A stretch of DNA of 64,000 bases from Macrostomum lignano. Its lineage: Eukaryota. The notes beneath the pieces were generated by a model. The model saw nothing but the letters and a program-made list of their open reading frames with translations. It had not been told where the DNA came from and ran no database searches. The stretch covers positions 124,001 through 188,000 of the forward strand of contig NIVC01001491.1 in the NCBI GenBank assembly GCA_002269645.1, in the 5' to 3' direction. This document shows, piece after piece, positions 11,900 to 23,345 of the stretch (within the stretch, counting starts at the first letter, position 1; each line of letters starts with the position of its first letter). The position numbers were made by a program, and so were the translations under genes.

Positions 11900-12530
11900 A
11901 AACATCAGTGTCACAGAACGCTTCTAAGAGCCTGAGCGCGAAAATCGCGTCTAATCGAATAATTGCCGAATCGTCGCCGCCGCCGGAAAGTCGACAGAAT
12001 TCCGATTGCGCACCTGCTCTCTCTGGTAGGGTGCCTGCAGCGTTAGCAGCAGCGCCTTTTTGTACCGTCTGTGGGCAGTACTACTTGGCATGGATGATAT
12101 GGCCTGCCAGCTGAAGACAGGTCGCTTGGCGGTGATACAGTGCCGCGTCGGAAACTCGCTCGTCGTCGAGTTTAAAGGCGTCGCAAAGCAGACCAGTGTG
12201 CGCCACGTCAACTTATTATTCGAGAGAATCAGTCGGGATTCAGCTCTCGGCGTTGTAAAGCATGATTGTCTTGAGTACCGCCTGAAACAATGACGCTTTC
12301 TGGCGGTCGGGTAGAGCCCCAGACAGCAGAAATACCCCCACAGAACGAAAGGCAGCGCAGGCAAGCCCATGGCGACGCCGTAGATTCTCGCAGATGTCGG
12401 AAAACAGACCACCGAACTAGAAACACTTCAGCTGACATAGCGGTAATTGCCCAGCAGCACCTCGGCACAAATAGCAGCCTCAATGTCGACCGACATGCAG
12501 ACGATATAAGGCTACTTGTGCATCTTGTTC
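11900..12530 (-). mobile_element. Degenerate non-LTR retrotransposon (RTE-like) RT C-terminal fragment
   Basis: Stop-interrupted frame reads ENLRRRHGLACAAFRSV...ALPDRQKASLFQAVLKTIMLYNAES...LQLAGHIIHA, then ALLLTLQAPYQREQVR in a shifted frame. This is the typical RTE-clade post-RT region. Confidence 0.75.
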
Positions 12531-12559
12531 CGCATTCGTTAGTCGTTAGACCTGCGTGA

Positions 12560-12872
12560 GGGGGAGCGACGCGGACCTAGGTTCGATTACAAGTGCAGTC
12601 ACAATAATTTGGAGCTAAATTGGAATCTTGGCTTGAGGCTTGAGTCTGTTCGTGCAATTAACGCTTTTATAAGGGTCAACTCCCAAGGCACAGTGAAATG
12701 TACATGCCTAAATAAAAAATAAACAAAGTTAAGGCCGCTGTACACCTGTGTGTGCCCGTGTGCATGACTGCATACGTATCTGTACGCTTGTGTGCCTTCT
12801 CAGGAAAGTCAGTAAGCCCCCAATTGGAATTGGCAGTAAGCCCCAACAGCCCCCTACCTCTAATAAAAAAGA
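12560..12872 (+). mobile_element. SINE family B, diverged copy
   Basis: GGTTCGATTACAAGTGCAGTCACAATAATTTGG...GGCCGCTGTACAC...CCTCTAATAAAAAA aligns to the young copies at 41.7 and 61.7 kb. Confidence 0.75.
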
Positions 12873-12874
12873 AC

Positions 12875-13080
12875 TACCTGAGACTTCGGCAAGTGGCAGC
12901 AGAGGTGGCGTAAAATCAGCGCTGCGGCCAAGAAGCTAAAATTGACTTTGGACAGCTGCACCTTTCTGCTGTATGTTGGCGAGGGCATCATCACCATGCT
13001 TCTATTCTCGGACAAAATGGACTCGTTTTTGGTCAGTCTTAGTATGCGGTGAATCCGCTGACATGCCTCATTGTTATGAA
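12875..13080 (+). pseudogene. GPCR pseudogene fragment (ICL3-TM7)
   Basis: Reads ETSASGSRGG..ISAAAKKLKLT/LDSCTFLLY...DKMDSFLVSL..AVNPL with frameshifts. Most of TM6 is deleted and the 5' part is replaced by SINE/LINE sequence. Confidence 0.75.
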
Positions 13081-13526
13081 AACATTTCGAAAGTTCTTTT
13101 CCTGATGAGGTTTAGCAAGACCAGAAACCATGTGCACCAGTCTGTTTGGGAAGATGGTAGCTCAGTAAACGTGATTCGTATGCAGGACGTGACTGTTCCT
13201 TGAAATGGAATCGGTTGGCAAGCAAACTTTTAATATTACATGCAACATTATTCAATATTTTGCCTACTCTTCACCTGTGAGTTTGTTTAAATAAACAGAA
13301 GTAATATGCTTCTTATCTATGTAGTCTTCTAGGTGAATCCCATGTGAAAAATGCATCGAGCTGGTTACCTCTCATTTAGTTTATTCTTGCTAATTAATTC
13401 TCGCCCAAAGGTGCTGGAGCACCCCTCGCAGCTCAGGACCTTGCAAGCTTTCAAGTCAACTAGACCGCGCTGGCTGCTCTGCCCTAGATTTCTATTTAGT
13501 CACGTTTATATTGACTTATACAGTTA

Positions 13527-13830
13527 CTTACTTACTTACTACTGACGGGGGGCGCAGGCGCCGCGAATCGGCCGCAAGGCCCCTATCGCAACCCCAAGGT
13601 AAAAGCGACAAAGGATTAACCCTGGGGGTGCGCCCAGCCCCCGCCAGTAGTCGGCAGGTTCATGGAGGAGGCATCGGCGACCCTCATCCAGCCGGAGTCC
13701 CGGACGAAGGCGCGAAGGTCACGGATGTTGTCCGGGGTGGTCAGCTCGTCCATCCGCTGGGGGTGGCCAAGGTATTTATGCCGCGCCTTGTTGAAGTAAG
13801 GGCAGAAGGTGACGTGATGGTCCGCGGTTA
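13527..13830 (-). mobile_element. 5'-truncated LINE insertion with 13-bp target-site duplication
   Basis: TSD ACTTATACAGTTA at 13514-13526 and 13831-13843; (TAAG)n tail; ORF2-like C-terminus [19 protein letters not shown] on the minus strand. Confidence 0.8.
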
Positions 13831-13959
13831 ACTTATACAGTTAATTAGGTACTATCTGATTCTTAGGATCCAATAGTAGTCACCACGCAGATAGTAATAT
13901 TTAGAGGATGGAGGGATAAGAACAATTGAACGAACCAAGGTTCAGCGACATTGTCTCAC

Positions 13960-14150
13960 AACCAGCGCTGACTCCTGAGTACATAGAAGGGCGCCAATAC
14001 TGTACGCAGGCACGCACTCATACAGACCCTCACACAGGGTGTACACTGGCCCTGACTTTCTAATCATCAGACAGGTACAATATCTGGTGCCTAGTGAGTT
14101 GGCCCTCATGGGACTAGCCAATTTTCGTGCACAAACTCAAAATTTATGTG
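13960..14150 (-). mobile_element. Old SINE-B-related fragment
   Basis: GTACGCAGGCACGCACTC...CACAGGGTGTACACTGGCCCTGACTTT resembles the family B body. Confidence 0.5.
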
Positions 14151-14722
14151 GCGCACTCAGTACGCTCGTAGTCTAATTTTGTCACGCGAGGTTTGTAATA
14201 TTCGGCTTTTGATGGCCTCTGACGTAGAGGTTGCGATGACATTCACCATTTTGAGTTTTCCAAAAGTTGGATTAGGTTGAGTCTCACGTAATTTTACGGA
14301 GTGCCAGATTGCATCGCTCCTCATATTGGCCTTATTTGCCTGCCTATTCGATGCACTTTTGGCCGCGAAGAGAACGGGGGTAGGAATCTCTCCATACCGA
14401 CTTTCTGTTCATTAAACTTGGATTGAAAGGCATTGAGATATACAAGCACGCAAAGCATCAAATATTTAGATGAAGCTTATTACTTTGAACCTAATGCCAA
14501 TTTGCTTTATGTCTGCTTTGTTTCAAACGTCACGTCACTAGTGTTCATCGACAAGCGTCTCCCGAACAAATGAAATGTGTTCTCCGCTGATTGGTCAGTG
14601 TTCGACTTCAGAAGTATAGTTTTTTTCCTACATGTCTCATTCTATAAAGATTCTAGGCATGAAATTCTGCAATATTTAAGCTGACTTTGCTAATTAGCTA
14701 AGTTTTATTCGGAAAAAATAAC

Positions 14723-15697
14723 ATGGCCATTGAAAACGACTTCCGCTTTGCCCTAATCTCAATTGTGAGCGTGTCAACAGTCTTCAACGCCCTGTTTCTA
14801 ATTTTTACAATTCAGAAAAAGATTGGCACCCGTCTCTGCACCGTCCTGTTGCGCAGTCAGTCAGCCATCGACTTGCTGCTCATCGGAGCAAACTTGCTGG
14901 TTATGCAGTTCAGTAGCTACCTGCCGGAACTCAGCCAGTCAATGCCAGACTTCATTTGGCAGCTCTACTGCAAACTGTACATGAGCCAGCTCCTCTATTG
15001 GGGTCTTGTCTGCATGAGCGTCTACAATATCCTGGCCATATCAATTGAGCGCTGCATCTGTCTCTGCTGTCCGTTCTGGTATCGTTTAAACAAGCAAAAG
15101 CTGCTGGCAATGCTTGTCATGCTGATCATCGTTTCACCGTTTCTGGTTGAGGCACCGTACTGTCTGGCTGCGCGATCCGTTACTTACGTAGACAATGGAA
15201 ACGGAACGTTTGTGACGGCTTGCCCGTACAATTTCGACCCAGAAGACGAAAAAATCATTGGTATTTCCTATGTAACCTTGTTCTGGATTTTTCCTTTCTG
15301 TTTGATTGTACTGCTCTACTTGTTCATCATTTGCCAAATCCGAAAATCGGTTGGCATGCGGGAGAGTGCAGCTGCTGGCAGCAGAAATGCCATCAGTGCC
15401 GCCGCAAAAAAACTGACCCTGACGACTGGCGTCACAGCGGCAGCCTTCGTGCTTCTATTCGCTATGGACAGCGTCACATTTCTGCTGTACAACATCGAGA
15501 CAAGAATAGTCCTGCCACCGTTTTTTGGCGAACTGGACTCGTTCCTTGTGAGCATGAACAGCGCGGTAAATCCGCTAATCTACTTGATATTCATGCCGGA
15601 GTTTCGACGATTCTTGCTTTTCCGACGACGAGTTCAAAGCTCAACTGGAAAAAATAGCGGCGCACAGCCAGGAGTCCCCGGTGCTGTGTCTGCTTAA
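14723..15697 (+). CDS. Orphan class A 7TM GPCR, paralogue 4
   Basis: 324 aa ORF colinear with the other paralogues; ERC and NPLIY present. Confidence 0.92.
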   Translation: MAIENDFRFALISIVSVSTVFNALFLIFTIQKKIGTRLCTVLLRSQSAIDLLLIGANLLVMQFSSYLPELSQSMPDFIWQLYCKLYMSQLLYWGLVCMSVYNILAISIERCICLCCPFWYRLNKQKLLAMLVMLIIVSPFLVEAPYCLAARSVTYVDNGNGTFVTACPYNFDPEDEKIIGISYVTLFWIFPFCLIVLLYLFIICQIRKSVGMRESAAAGSRNAISAAAKKLTLTTGVTAAAFVLLFAMDSVTFLLYNIETRIVLPPFFGELDSFLVSMNSAVNPLIYLIFMPEFRRFLLFRRRVQSSTGKNSGAQPGVPGAVSA

Positions 15698-17755
15698 AAC
15701 TATCTGTGTCTGCAGACCATTGCGTTTGATCTAGACTGGGTTCTTAGAGTTCTTGGAGTAGTGCATGCACATTAGCTCTTTAGAGTCCACTTTTGTCTAA
15801 TGAAAACAAAAAACAATTTTGTTATAACCCTAAAATGCAGTTCGAAGCAAATGAGTTACTTTCTATTTTATGAAATTTTCCACAAATTGCGATCGAGCTA
15901 ATAAAGCATTGTTCGTTTCCAATATTTTGTGAAATTTATTATTTTTCTAAAAGTATTTAATACTTTTTCAGCCTGAAAGCTCTCCGGAATCTTCGACTCG
16001 ATGCGTCTAAACTTCATGTCCTGAAAAACTGGTAACGAAAATTTGATCTTCGTGTCAACTGCTACATAGTTATTTAGTTTGGAAATATATATCATTCCAT
16101 AGCACGTTGTCAATCTACAGGAGCTATTAAGATTTCTGACTAGTAGCGTAATTGCTAAATGTTACTAAAATGGGACATTTTTTGGTTCATGAAGCTGTAT
16201 TAAGATCAATACGTCTTTTAATGCGCTTTTTATTGCAGTAACTTACAGATAGCTACTGGGAAATAAAAAACTTGTTCCATTAAATGGATCGATGCACAAA
16301 AAGGCAATGCATTCGGGCACAAAATAGTCGGACCCGAAACATCAAATATCCCATCATATTTTCTTTTCTTCTTGTTATTGATTGACTTCTTTACTGATAG
16401 ACGTTAACTGAGACATCGATCGAAATGGATCTGGCCTAAGAATGAATCCAATTTATTTGTCTAGTTGCATCGCTGGACTAACTACGCATTTTCCGGAGAA
16501 ACTTAGTTGGGAAACAAAAAGGTTTATTTTCTTATTTATTTTCCGGAAATGAAAAACGCAAATGATTTTAAAAAAATTACGGTTTTTTCTTGTGTATTTT
16601 GTTTTTTTCAATAATTTATTGGTTTCCAGCAGCCGAATTTCGATTACTGTAAATGGGGCATCAATAATCCCGGAAAATTTTATGAAACAAATAACAAAGC
16701 ATTGTTATTGCATTGGATTGTTCTAACTTTGACATTTCCCGAACTGTCACTAGGAAGAGAAAAGCAAAGAGCGTTCGGAGGAAATTTCAATTGTTCGTGT
16801 ATACGAATTTCTACATGGCGAAACCCCATTTATCTTAGTGAGGCGAGAAAAGCAAAAAATATGAATAAATCTGTTGTGAAGACACAACTGTAGCCATGCT
16901 TATAATGTTCACTACCAAGTCTTTAATAATATGAGCTGTTTTTTCAAAGTACGAGTATTTTATGGACAAACTTTGCTGCATTTGAAATCCGGAAGTCGAG
17001 AAGGCGAGAATCTTCAACAGTGCTGAGAAGCAGACAAATTCCTAACCGACCTCTGGTGAAACTTCTTCTAACTTAGTTGCCAGTCATGTTCTGCAATATT
17101 TCCACATTCTTATTTCAAGTGACGGGTCGAAGTTCTGAAAATAAAAATTCTAGGCCATGAAGATGAACAACAAAGACCAGGAACAAACCCAAATCGAAGA
17201 GTTATAAGTTGATGAAGCTTTATTTAATATTCCTTTAGGGTTAGGTTCTCCAAAAATTTGTAGCTAAACCAAACTAAAGACGAAATTCTTGCCCTCAAAC
17301 TGGAAGAGTTGTACATTTTCCAAAGATTTAAGGGGAGGAGGGCGCTATGGGAAAAGACAAGGCACGCCTTGAATTTATAGCTCGTACAGTACATTCAAAC
17401 AAAATAGCCAAAATGGTTCGAAAATATACTTTTGCAGTTAGTTTCTTTAAAATCTATGCAATATACAAAAAAGTCAAATATATAGGAGTCTGTTTAATTT
17501 ACGGTAAAGCCATTTACGCTCGTATGATTACCGCTGATCAACTATGGCTTACGTTTGATCATTTATGGTAGAATTAAGTAATCTGAAAAGTAAAAAAGTA
17601 CACAAAACGAAAAACAATGCGCAGAACGGAAGAGGAATCGATAAAATTCGATCTAGCTCATTGATTATTGACTTTTAGAAGCCATATGCAATAAAAAATA
17701 GAAAAAAAAAGAATTTTGTCGCCATTCACTTCACCAATACGCGGAACAGACGAAT

Positions 17756-19704
17756 TCAGCCTTCATTCAGAGATGCTTGAACACCAGCGCTACCGGTTGA
17801 GAAGTGAGCAACCTCTCGAACTGCACTATTTTGAGCCAAAACGGTGCGCGCAACGCTAGGGATATTGGTGCTCAACTTGATTGATCCGAACGTTTGCTTA
17901 TCCTGCTCCACTGAAATAAGAAAGATTGTGTTATAAAAGAAACTGCCAGTGGTAGGCCTGTAAAATTATTGAATTCAATCATTTCATCGTTGTGCTTACG
18001 TTTGAAAGTTTTATCCTTGATGTCACCCTGAGCAAAGTGCTCGCCGAGATTTATCACAGTATTGCAGAAGGGCACTTTTAATGGTGAACTATCTGAGCAG
18101 CACAGCCGAATCGCTACATGCAGCTCTTTGTCGGGCAATTTCTGAAAGCTGTAGTTGAATGTTGCCATGTAGTTGAACTGGATTTCTAGTTCATCGCCAC
18201 TGCGCTTGCACTTGTTAGAATTCGACAATTCTACTTTTGCTGAGTAGTTCCAGTTCCAGTCAGAATTCATTTTAAATCCGACGGAACAGTTCGTTGCATC
18301 CGAGGGGAGAATTTCCTTTTGAAACTTTACGCTGACAATATTCAGATTGCAAGTTTTTGTTCGGGCAGCTCGTATGTAGAGCTGCATCATTTCCTCCGTG
18401 ACGCTAGCAAAGTCGGATTGCAGCCTTGTCGTTTCATGAGCTGCTGGCACAGCCGCTGCCACCGCTGCCGCATCTTCATACTTGGCAGAGTCAGCAGCCG
18501 GCCCCAGCTTCTTTGAGGCCGCCGCAGCAGCTTGAATATCGTCGAAGTCTAGAGCCGTTTTCAACGCATCGATTTGACCAGTTATATCGGCCTCTGAGAA
18601 TTTCGGAGCTAATTCCGATTCAACAACTTTACAAAGGCTTTCTAACTGCTTTAACCGTTCGCCGTAAAAGTCTTTCCAATCGGACAGAAGTTTTGCTTTT
18701 GTCTTCGCCAACCTTGCCGCCTTGCTTGCGGCTGTTATCAGCGACTCGAACTCGGCCTAAATGAGAATTTTAGTTCAACTTTGAATTCTAGCTTCGGGAC
18801 GCATCATTTTATGTGTAGAATATTTAAATAGCCGTTTAAAGGCTTTTGTCACTCGTCCGGTAGTAATAATAAAAAAAGAATTATTTTTTCTGCAACGATT
18901 AAGAAAGCCTATTAATAAAAATTAAAAAAAATGTTTTAAATAAGTAGTTATTGCATCTAAATGCCTCTAATTTACAGGCATTTGGATGGCGAAATTTCAA
19001 CTAAATTTCGTTTTAACAAACTGCTTTACCATTGTAGTAATACTTGGAGTACTAGAAAAACAGCCTTCAAGTTAATTGGAAACCTGTTTACAGATTTACG
19101 TGTGAGACGCTGAAAAATCCACGTACTAAAAACGGTTTGTCGGTATCTAGGTATGCAATGGATTTCGAAGCAAACTTACTTGAAATAGAAGTCGATCGTC
19201 GCTATAATGTAAACCGCAAAGATTCCGATCGCAGTGCTCGCAGAAGCGCATCGAAGGTTTCCCGCATGGTCGCTGTTGAGCATCATTTTCTAAGGCTTCA
19301 CATGGAGGCTTCTGGCTGTTTGTTTGTCCTGTCAAATCCTTTGGCGCAGCCTTGGCCGCCGCAACCAGGATGCGCAGCTGATAGTTCTCAACAGGTCTTC
19401 GCAAGTTCTCCTTGCACAGCGGGCATTTCGCCTCCCTGGGTCCTGAGCTGCTAACAAAACCTTTGTAGCAGGCCAGGCACAGTGAATGGTGATTCGCGCA
19501 CACATAGTGGGGGTTATTAAAGAAGTCGAGACACACTGGACAGGTAACATCGTTCCTGTCGATTTTGGAATTTTGACTGCCAGCTGAAAAACAGATAATA
19601 AGATAAGCTAAAGTTAATCCCACAGAGAATTAATATTATGCTGCAAGCTAAACTGCATTTAAAATTTTGAAACTCAGTAACTTACCTCCGCTTGAACCGC
19701 TCAT
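17756..19704 (-). CDS. TRIM-like gene A: RING + B-box-like + coiled-coil + putative C2-like domain (~444 aa; exons 19704-19686, 19583-19180, 18756-18000, 17910-17756)
   Basis: All four exons have GT/AG boundaries with consistent phases (1,0,1) and total 1335 nt. RING CPVC..NPHYVCANHHSLCLAC..CPLC; B-box-like C..C..CEHCDRNLCGLH. The last exon adds LEQDKQTFGSIKLSTNI after KTFK. The C2 call is inferred from the beta-strand pattern. Confidence 0.8.
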
Positions 19705-20637
19705 TGCAGTGTCAGTTAACTCAGCTCTTAGGTAAAACACTTCGAAAGAACTGCTTTGCCGGCTCTATATGTATTATTCTTGCCGCATGTACATTAAACC
19801 TCACACAGCCTACACACAATTTATTTTTAACGCAAGCACTCTTCTCCTTCGGCAAGCTTTTCATTTTAAACACAATTGCATTGAGGCATCATTCAGACGT
19901 GCTTTTCTGCGCATGCAAACTTGTGCTATTATGCTTTCTTTTTGAGTAAGAATGGCCTTTCACATTGATGCGAGACAAACTGAAAATGAAATGGGTTACT
20001 GGCATCTAGTAGCTGGCTAAAAATAAACCTGTGGTCTGAAGGAACACTAGAAAATTCAAGAAAATGTGTGTGTGTGTGTGTGTGTGTTTGACGAATTAAA
20101 TTCGGTAATTTAGGCAATACACTGCAGATTTAATAAATTTATTAGACTCATAATTATAATTTCGGATAGCAACCGATATATTGGATACAGATTAAGCAGT
20201 AACGGGGCAAAGACTACTAAAGTAGCGCTCGAAATCTATGGAAATGTTTTGAATATCAATAGAGCCATGAGAAAGGCACAGCATATCAAAATACGAACAT
20301 TTGAGTCTGCCTCCAATAGAAAGCAATAACAATTGCTGTGCAGAAAATATGAAAGCTTCCTATCTCCGTAGTCTATTTTTCGGCGAAAAGTGGCCTTCAA
20401 AACTTTTTCCATGAAACGTGAGTGTCTCGGCCTGTGTATAGGTTGCTTTAGTTGTCCTTGTTACGAGGCTCCAAAGCGTGGGTGAGGAAATTATAATTTC
20501 CCTCAACATAAGGAACCGTAAAAATTTTGGAATTTAACATAAATGTTCAAAATAAATACTACTTCAACGCGCATGGTAAGTAGTACGGTATACTGTACGC
20601 AATTTGATAAAATTTTAATAACGCCTCATTATTTTTC

Positions 20638-20695
20638 AGTATCGTACCGACAGTACCGACAGTATCGACAGTACTGACAGTACCGACAGTATCTA
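20638..20695. repeat. Short seed array of the GACAGTA(T/C)C 9-mer
   Basis: Same unit as the large array at 22344-23255. Confidence 0.85.
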
Positions 20696-20973
20696 GTAGC
20701 TACTAACAATACTCATGTTAATCGATAAAAATGCCAGACGACCGCTATTTTAAAAGCTAAAGCAAATCATCATTACAAAGTTTTAATTTAATATCCTGCG
20801 TGCACCAATCCAACCCAGCTCTCTGGTAAAAAAACACTCACTTCGATCATTTTTGACATTTGACCATTAAAACTTTAGCGAATTGCACCACATGAAAACA
20901 AGGGGTTCAGAAACTGTAAATACAACAGCCCCGAGCCGGTTCAAGAGTCACTTCTCGGTTCCCAAAAATGAGA

Positions 20974-21225
20974 TCTCCAGGTGGCGACTGAGACTCTGTA
21001 AATGAATGAGCCTAATTCAAAGAAATCCAGAATTTGGAGGGACGATTTTGCGACAGTAAGATACCATAGAAAAGAATTCTCACGAACCAGCTCTACAAGA
21101 GCTCGAAGTTTTCCAAGGGCGTCCTGGAATCTGCAGTAAGCGTATCATAGTCTTTGTACATGTACTTCTGAATTTCTTTGAATTAAGACTCATTCATTGA
21201 CAGAATCTCAGTCGCCACCTGGAGA
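20974..21225. mobile_element. MITE-like element with ~60 bp terminal inverted repeats
   Basis: TCTCCAGGTGGCGACTGAGACTCTGTAAATGAATGAG...TTCAAAGAAAT on the left is the reverse complement of the right end. Confidence 0.7.
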
Positions 21226-22343
21226 CTAGTCCCAGCAAATCTATCGGTCTTTCCGTTAGTCTCTCTCTTATTTACCACCAATCAACAAAAGAAGAGCATG
21301 ATAACGATATACCTATGAAAACGATTTCACAACAAATGAAGTTTGTTTGAATGTTTCCCTTCCAGCAATCCGAGTTCAAGCGCCTATTCGCCAGTGGACG
21401 TCCTTCGTGATGTCATTTACATCGGCGAACTATGGAATGTGTCATGGCTAATAAGCTACGAGCGCATTCGATCGTAACTAAACGCATCAAGAGAGTGTTC
21501 CACAAAATATTATTCTAAATAGTTACTTTAGAATTTAAAGCAATTTTAAAGATCCTTGGAAGTGAAAAGTCTCAAAACTTCAGTCATAGAATAGAATGAT
21601 ATGCTACTCAAAGTAAAAAGTAAACACTGAGGCTGCTGAGCAGCAGAAAGAGCTCTTTTGTCTATTTGAGTTCAGTTAAAAATCGTAAGCTTAAAGTAAG
21701 CTTGTATCCTTAGTGAGCGAAACAACACAATTTCTTGAGTTGTCAAGCAGCAATTTATTGTTCTTGTGTCCCTACATAGCGCGCATAAAATCGCAGTAAT
21801 AACATAACGCTACGGGTCCCTCGGCATGCGAAACGCGCGGAACATTTACACAAGTGTTTTGCAGCTGCTTCGGGTTGGCTTGCATAGTCGCATAGAAACT
21901 GTTTGCTCTGGAATGGCTGGCGACGGCTCAAATTTTGGTCCATGAAGATGTTTGCTCTGCGCCCGACTACAGGAGTTTCTGGTGTTACATATGCATGCCT
22001 AAATTGGTTTACAGCCCACCCAGACTTTTCTGGAATTGGCAATCAAGGAAAGCAGAGAAACCATGTTAGCTTTCTTCTGCGGAATTTCCTGACATTCTCG
22101 GTCGCCTAAGCGATGCTGAATGTTTTTTTGCAGGAAATTCATTTTGCAGCTCACTTACAGGAAAACTTTCTAATGCTGGCAAACCCTTTGGCGGCGTTTT
22201 GAGGCTTTGAAATTTCGACAAACTTGTAATAATTTTCTCACCTTGCAGTCGCCATGGTGATATAAAATTTTTTACACAGAAAGCTGTTTTTTTCTTTCTA
22301 AAGCTGTATTAACTTTTTATTAGTATTGATTTTTACGTAGTTT

Positions 22344-23255
22344 CAACGACAGTATCGACAGTATCGACAGTATCGACAATACCGACAGTACCGACAGTAT
22401 CGACAGTACCGACAGTATCGACAGTATCGACAGTATCGACAATACCGACAGTACCGACAGTACCGACAGTACCGACAGTATCGACAGTATCGACAGTATC
22501 GACAATACCGACAGTACCGACAGTATCGACAGTACCGACAGTATCGACAGTATCGACAATATCGACAGTATCGACAGTATCGACAATATCGACAGTATCG
22601 ACAGTGTCGACAGTATCGACAGTATCGACAGTGTCGACAGTATCGACAGTACCGACAGTACCGACAGTATCGACAGTATCGATAGTAGCGACAGTACCGA
22701 CAGTGTCGACAGTATCGACAGTATCGACAGTGTCGACAGTATCGACAGTATCGATAGTACCGACAGTACCGACAGTATCGACAGTATCGACAGTGTCGAT
22801 AGTACCGACAGTATCGATAGTACCGACAGTACCGACAGTATCGACAGTATCGACAGTATCGACAGTATCGACAGTGTCGACAGTATCGACAGTACCGACA
22901 GTACCGACAGTACCGACAGTATCGACAGTACCGACAGTATCGACAGTACCGACAGTACCGACAGTACCGACAGTATCGACAGTACCGACAGTATCGACAG
23001 TACCGACAGTACCGACAGTATCGACAGTACCGACAGTACCGACAGTACCGACAGTATCGACAGTACCGACAGTATCGACAGTACCGACAGTACCGACAGT
23101 ATCGACAGTACCGACAGTACCGACAGTACCGACAGTATCGACAGTACCGACAGTATCGACAGTACCGACAGTACCGACAGTATCGACAGTACCGACAGTA
23201 CCGACAGTACCGACAGTATTGACAGTAACGACAGTACCGCCAGTACCGACAGTAT
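22344..23255. repeat. 9-bp minisatellite (GACAGTATC/GACAGTACC), ~100 units
   Basis: Directly visible; unit length divisible by 3 explains the stop-free TV[DG] ORFs. Confidence 0.97.
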
Positions 23256-23345
23256 AGATACTCAACAGTAGATACTCAACAGTATTATAGTTTTAGTTCA
23301 TTAGTCAGAGTACTTCAGTGTGCAAGTCGATGCAGTGGAAGTCCT

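Noticed and set aside
17958-17999. 42-nt in-frame intron alternative in gene A
   Set aside because: The acceptor at 17911 has a stronger pyrimidine tract and yields a C2-like terminal strand; the shorter intron cannot be excluded without RNA data.
22320-23265. TVD/TVG repeat ORFs resembling mucin or antifreeze proteins
   Set aside because: A 9-bp unit keeps several frames open on both strands; there is no signal peptide, splice context or unique coding flank.
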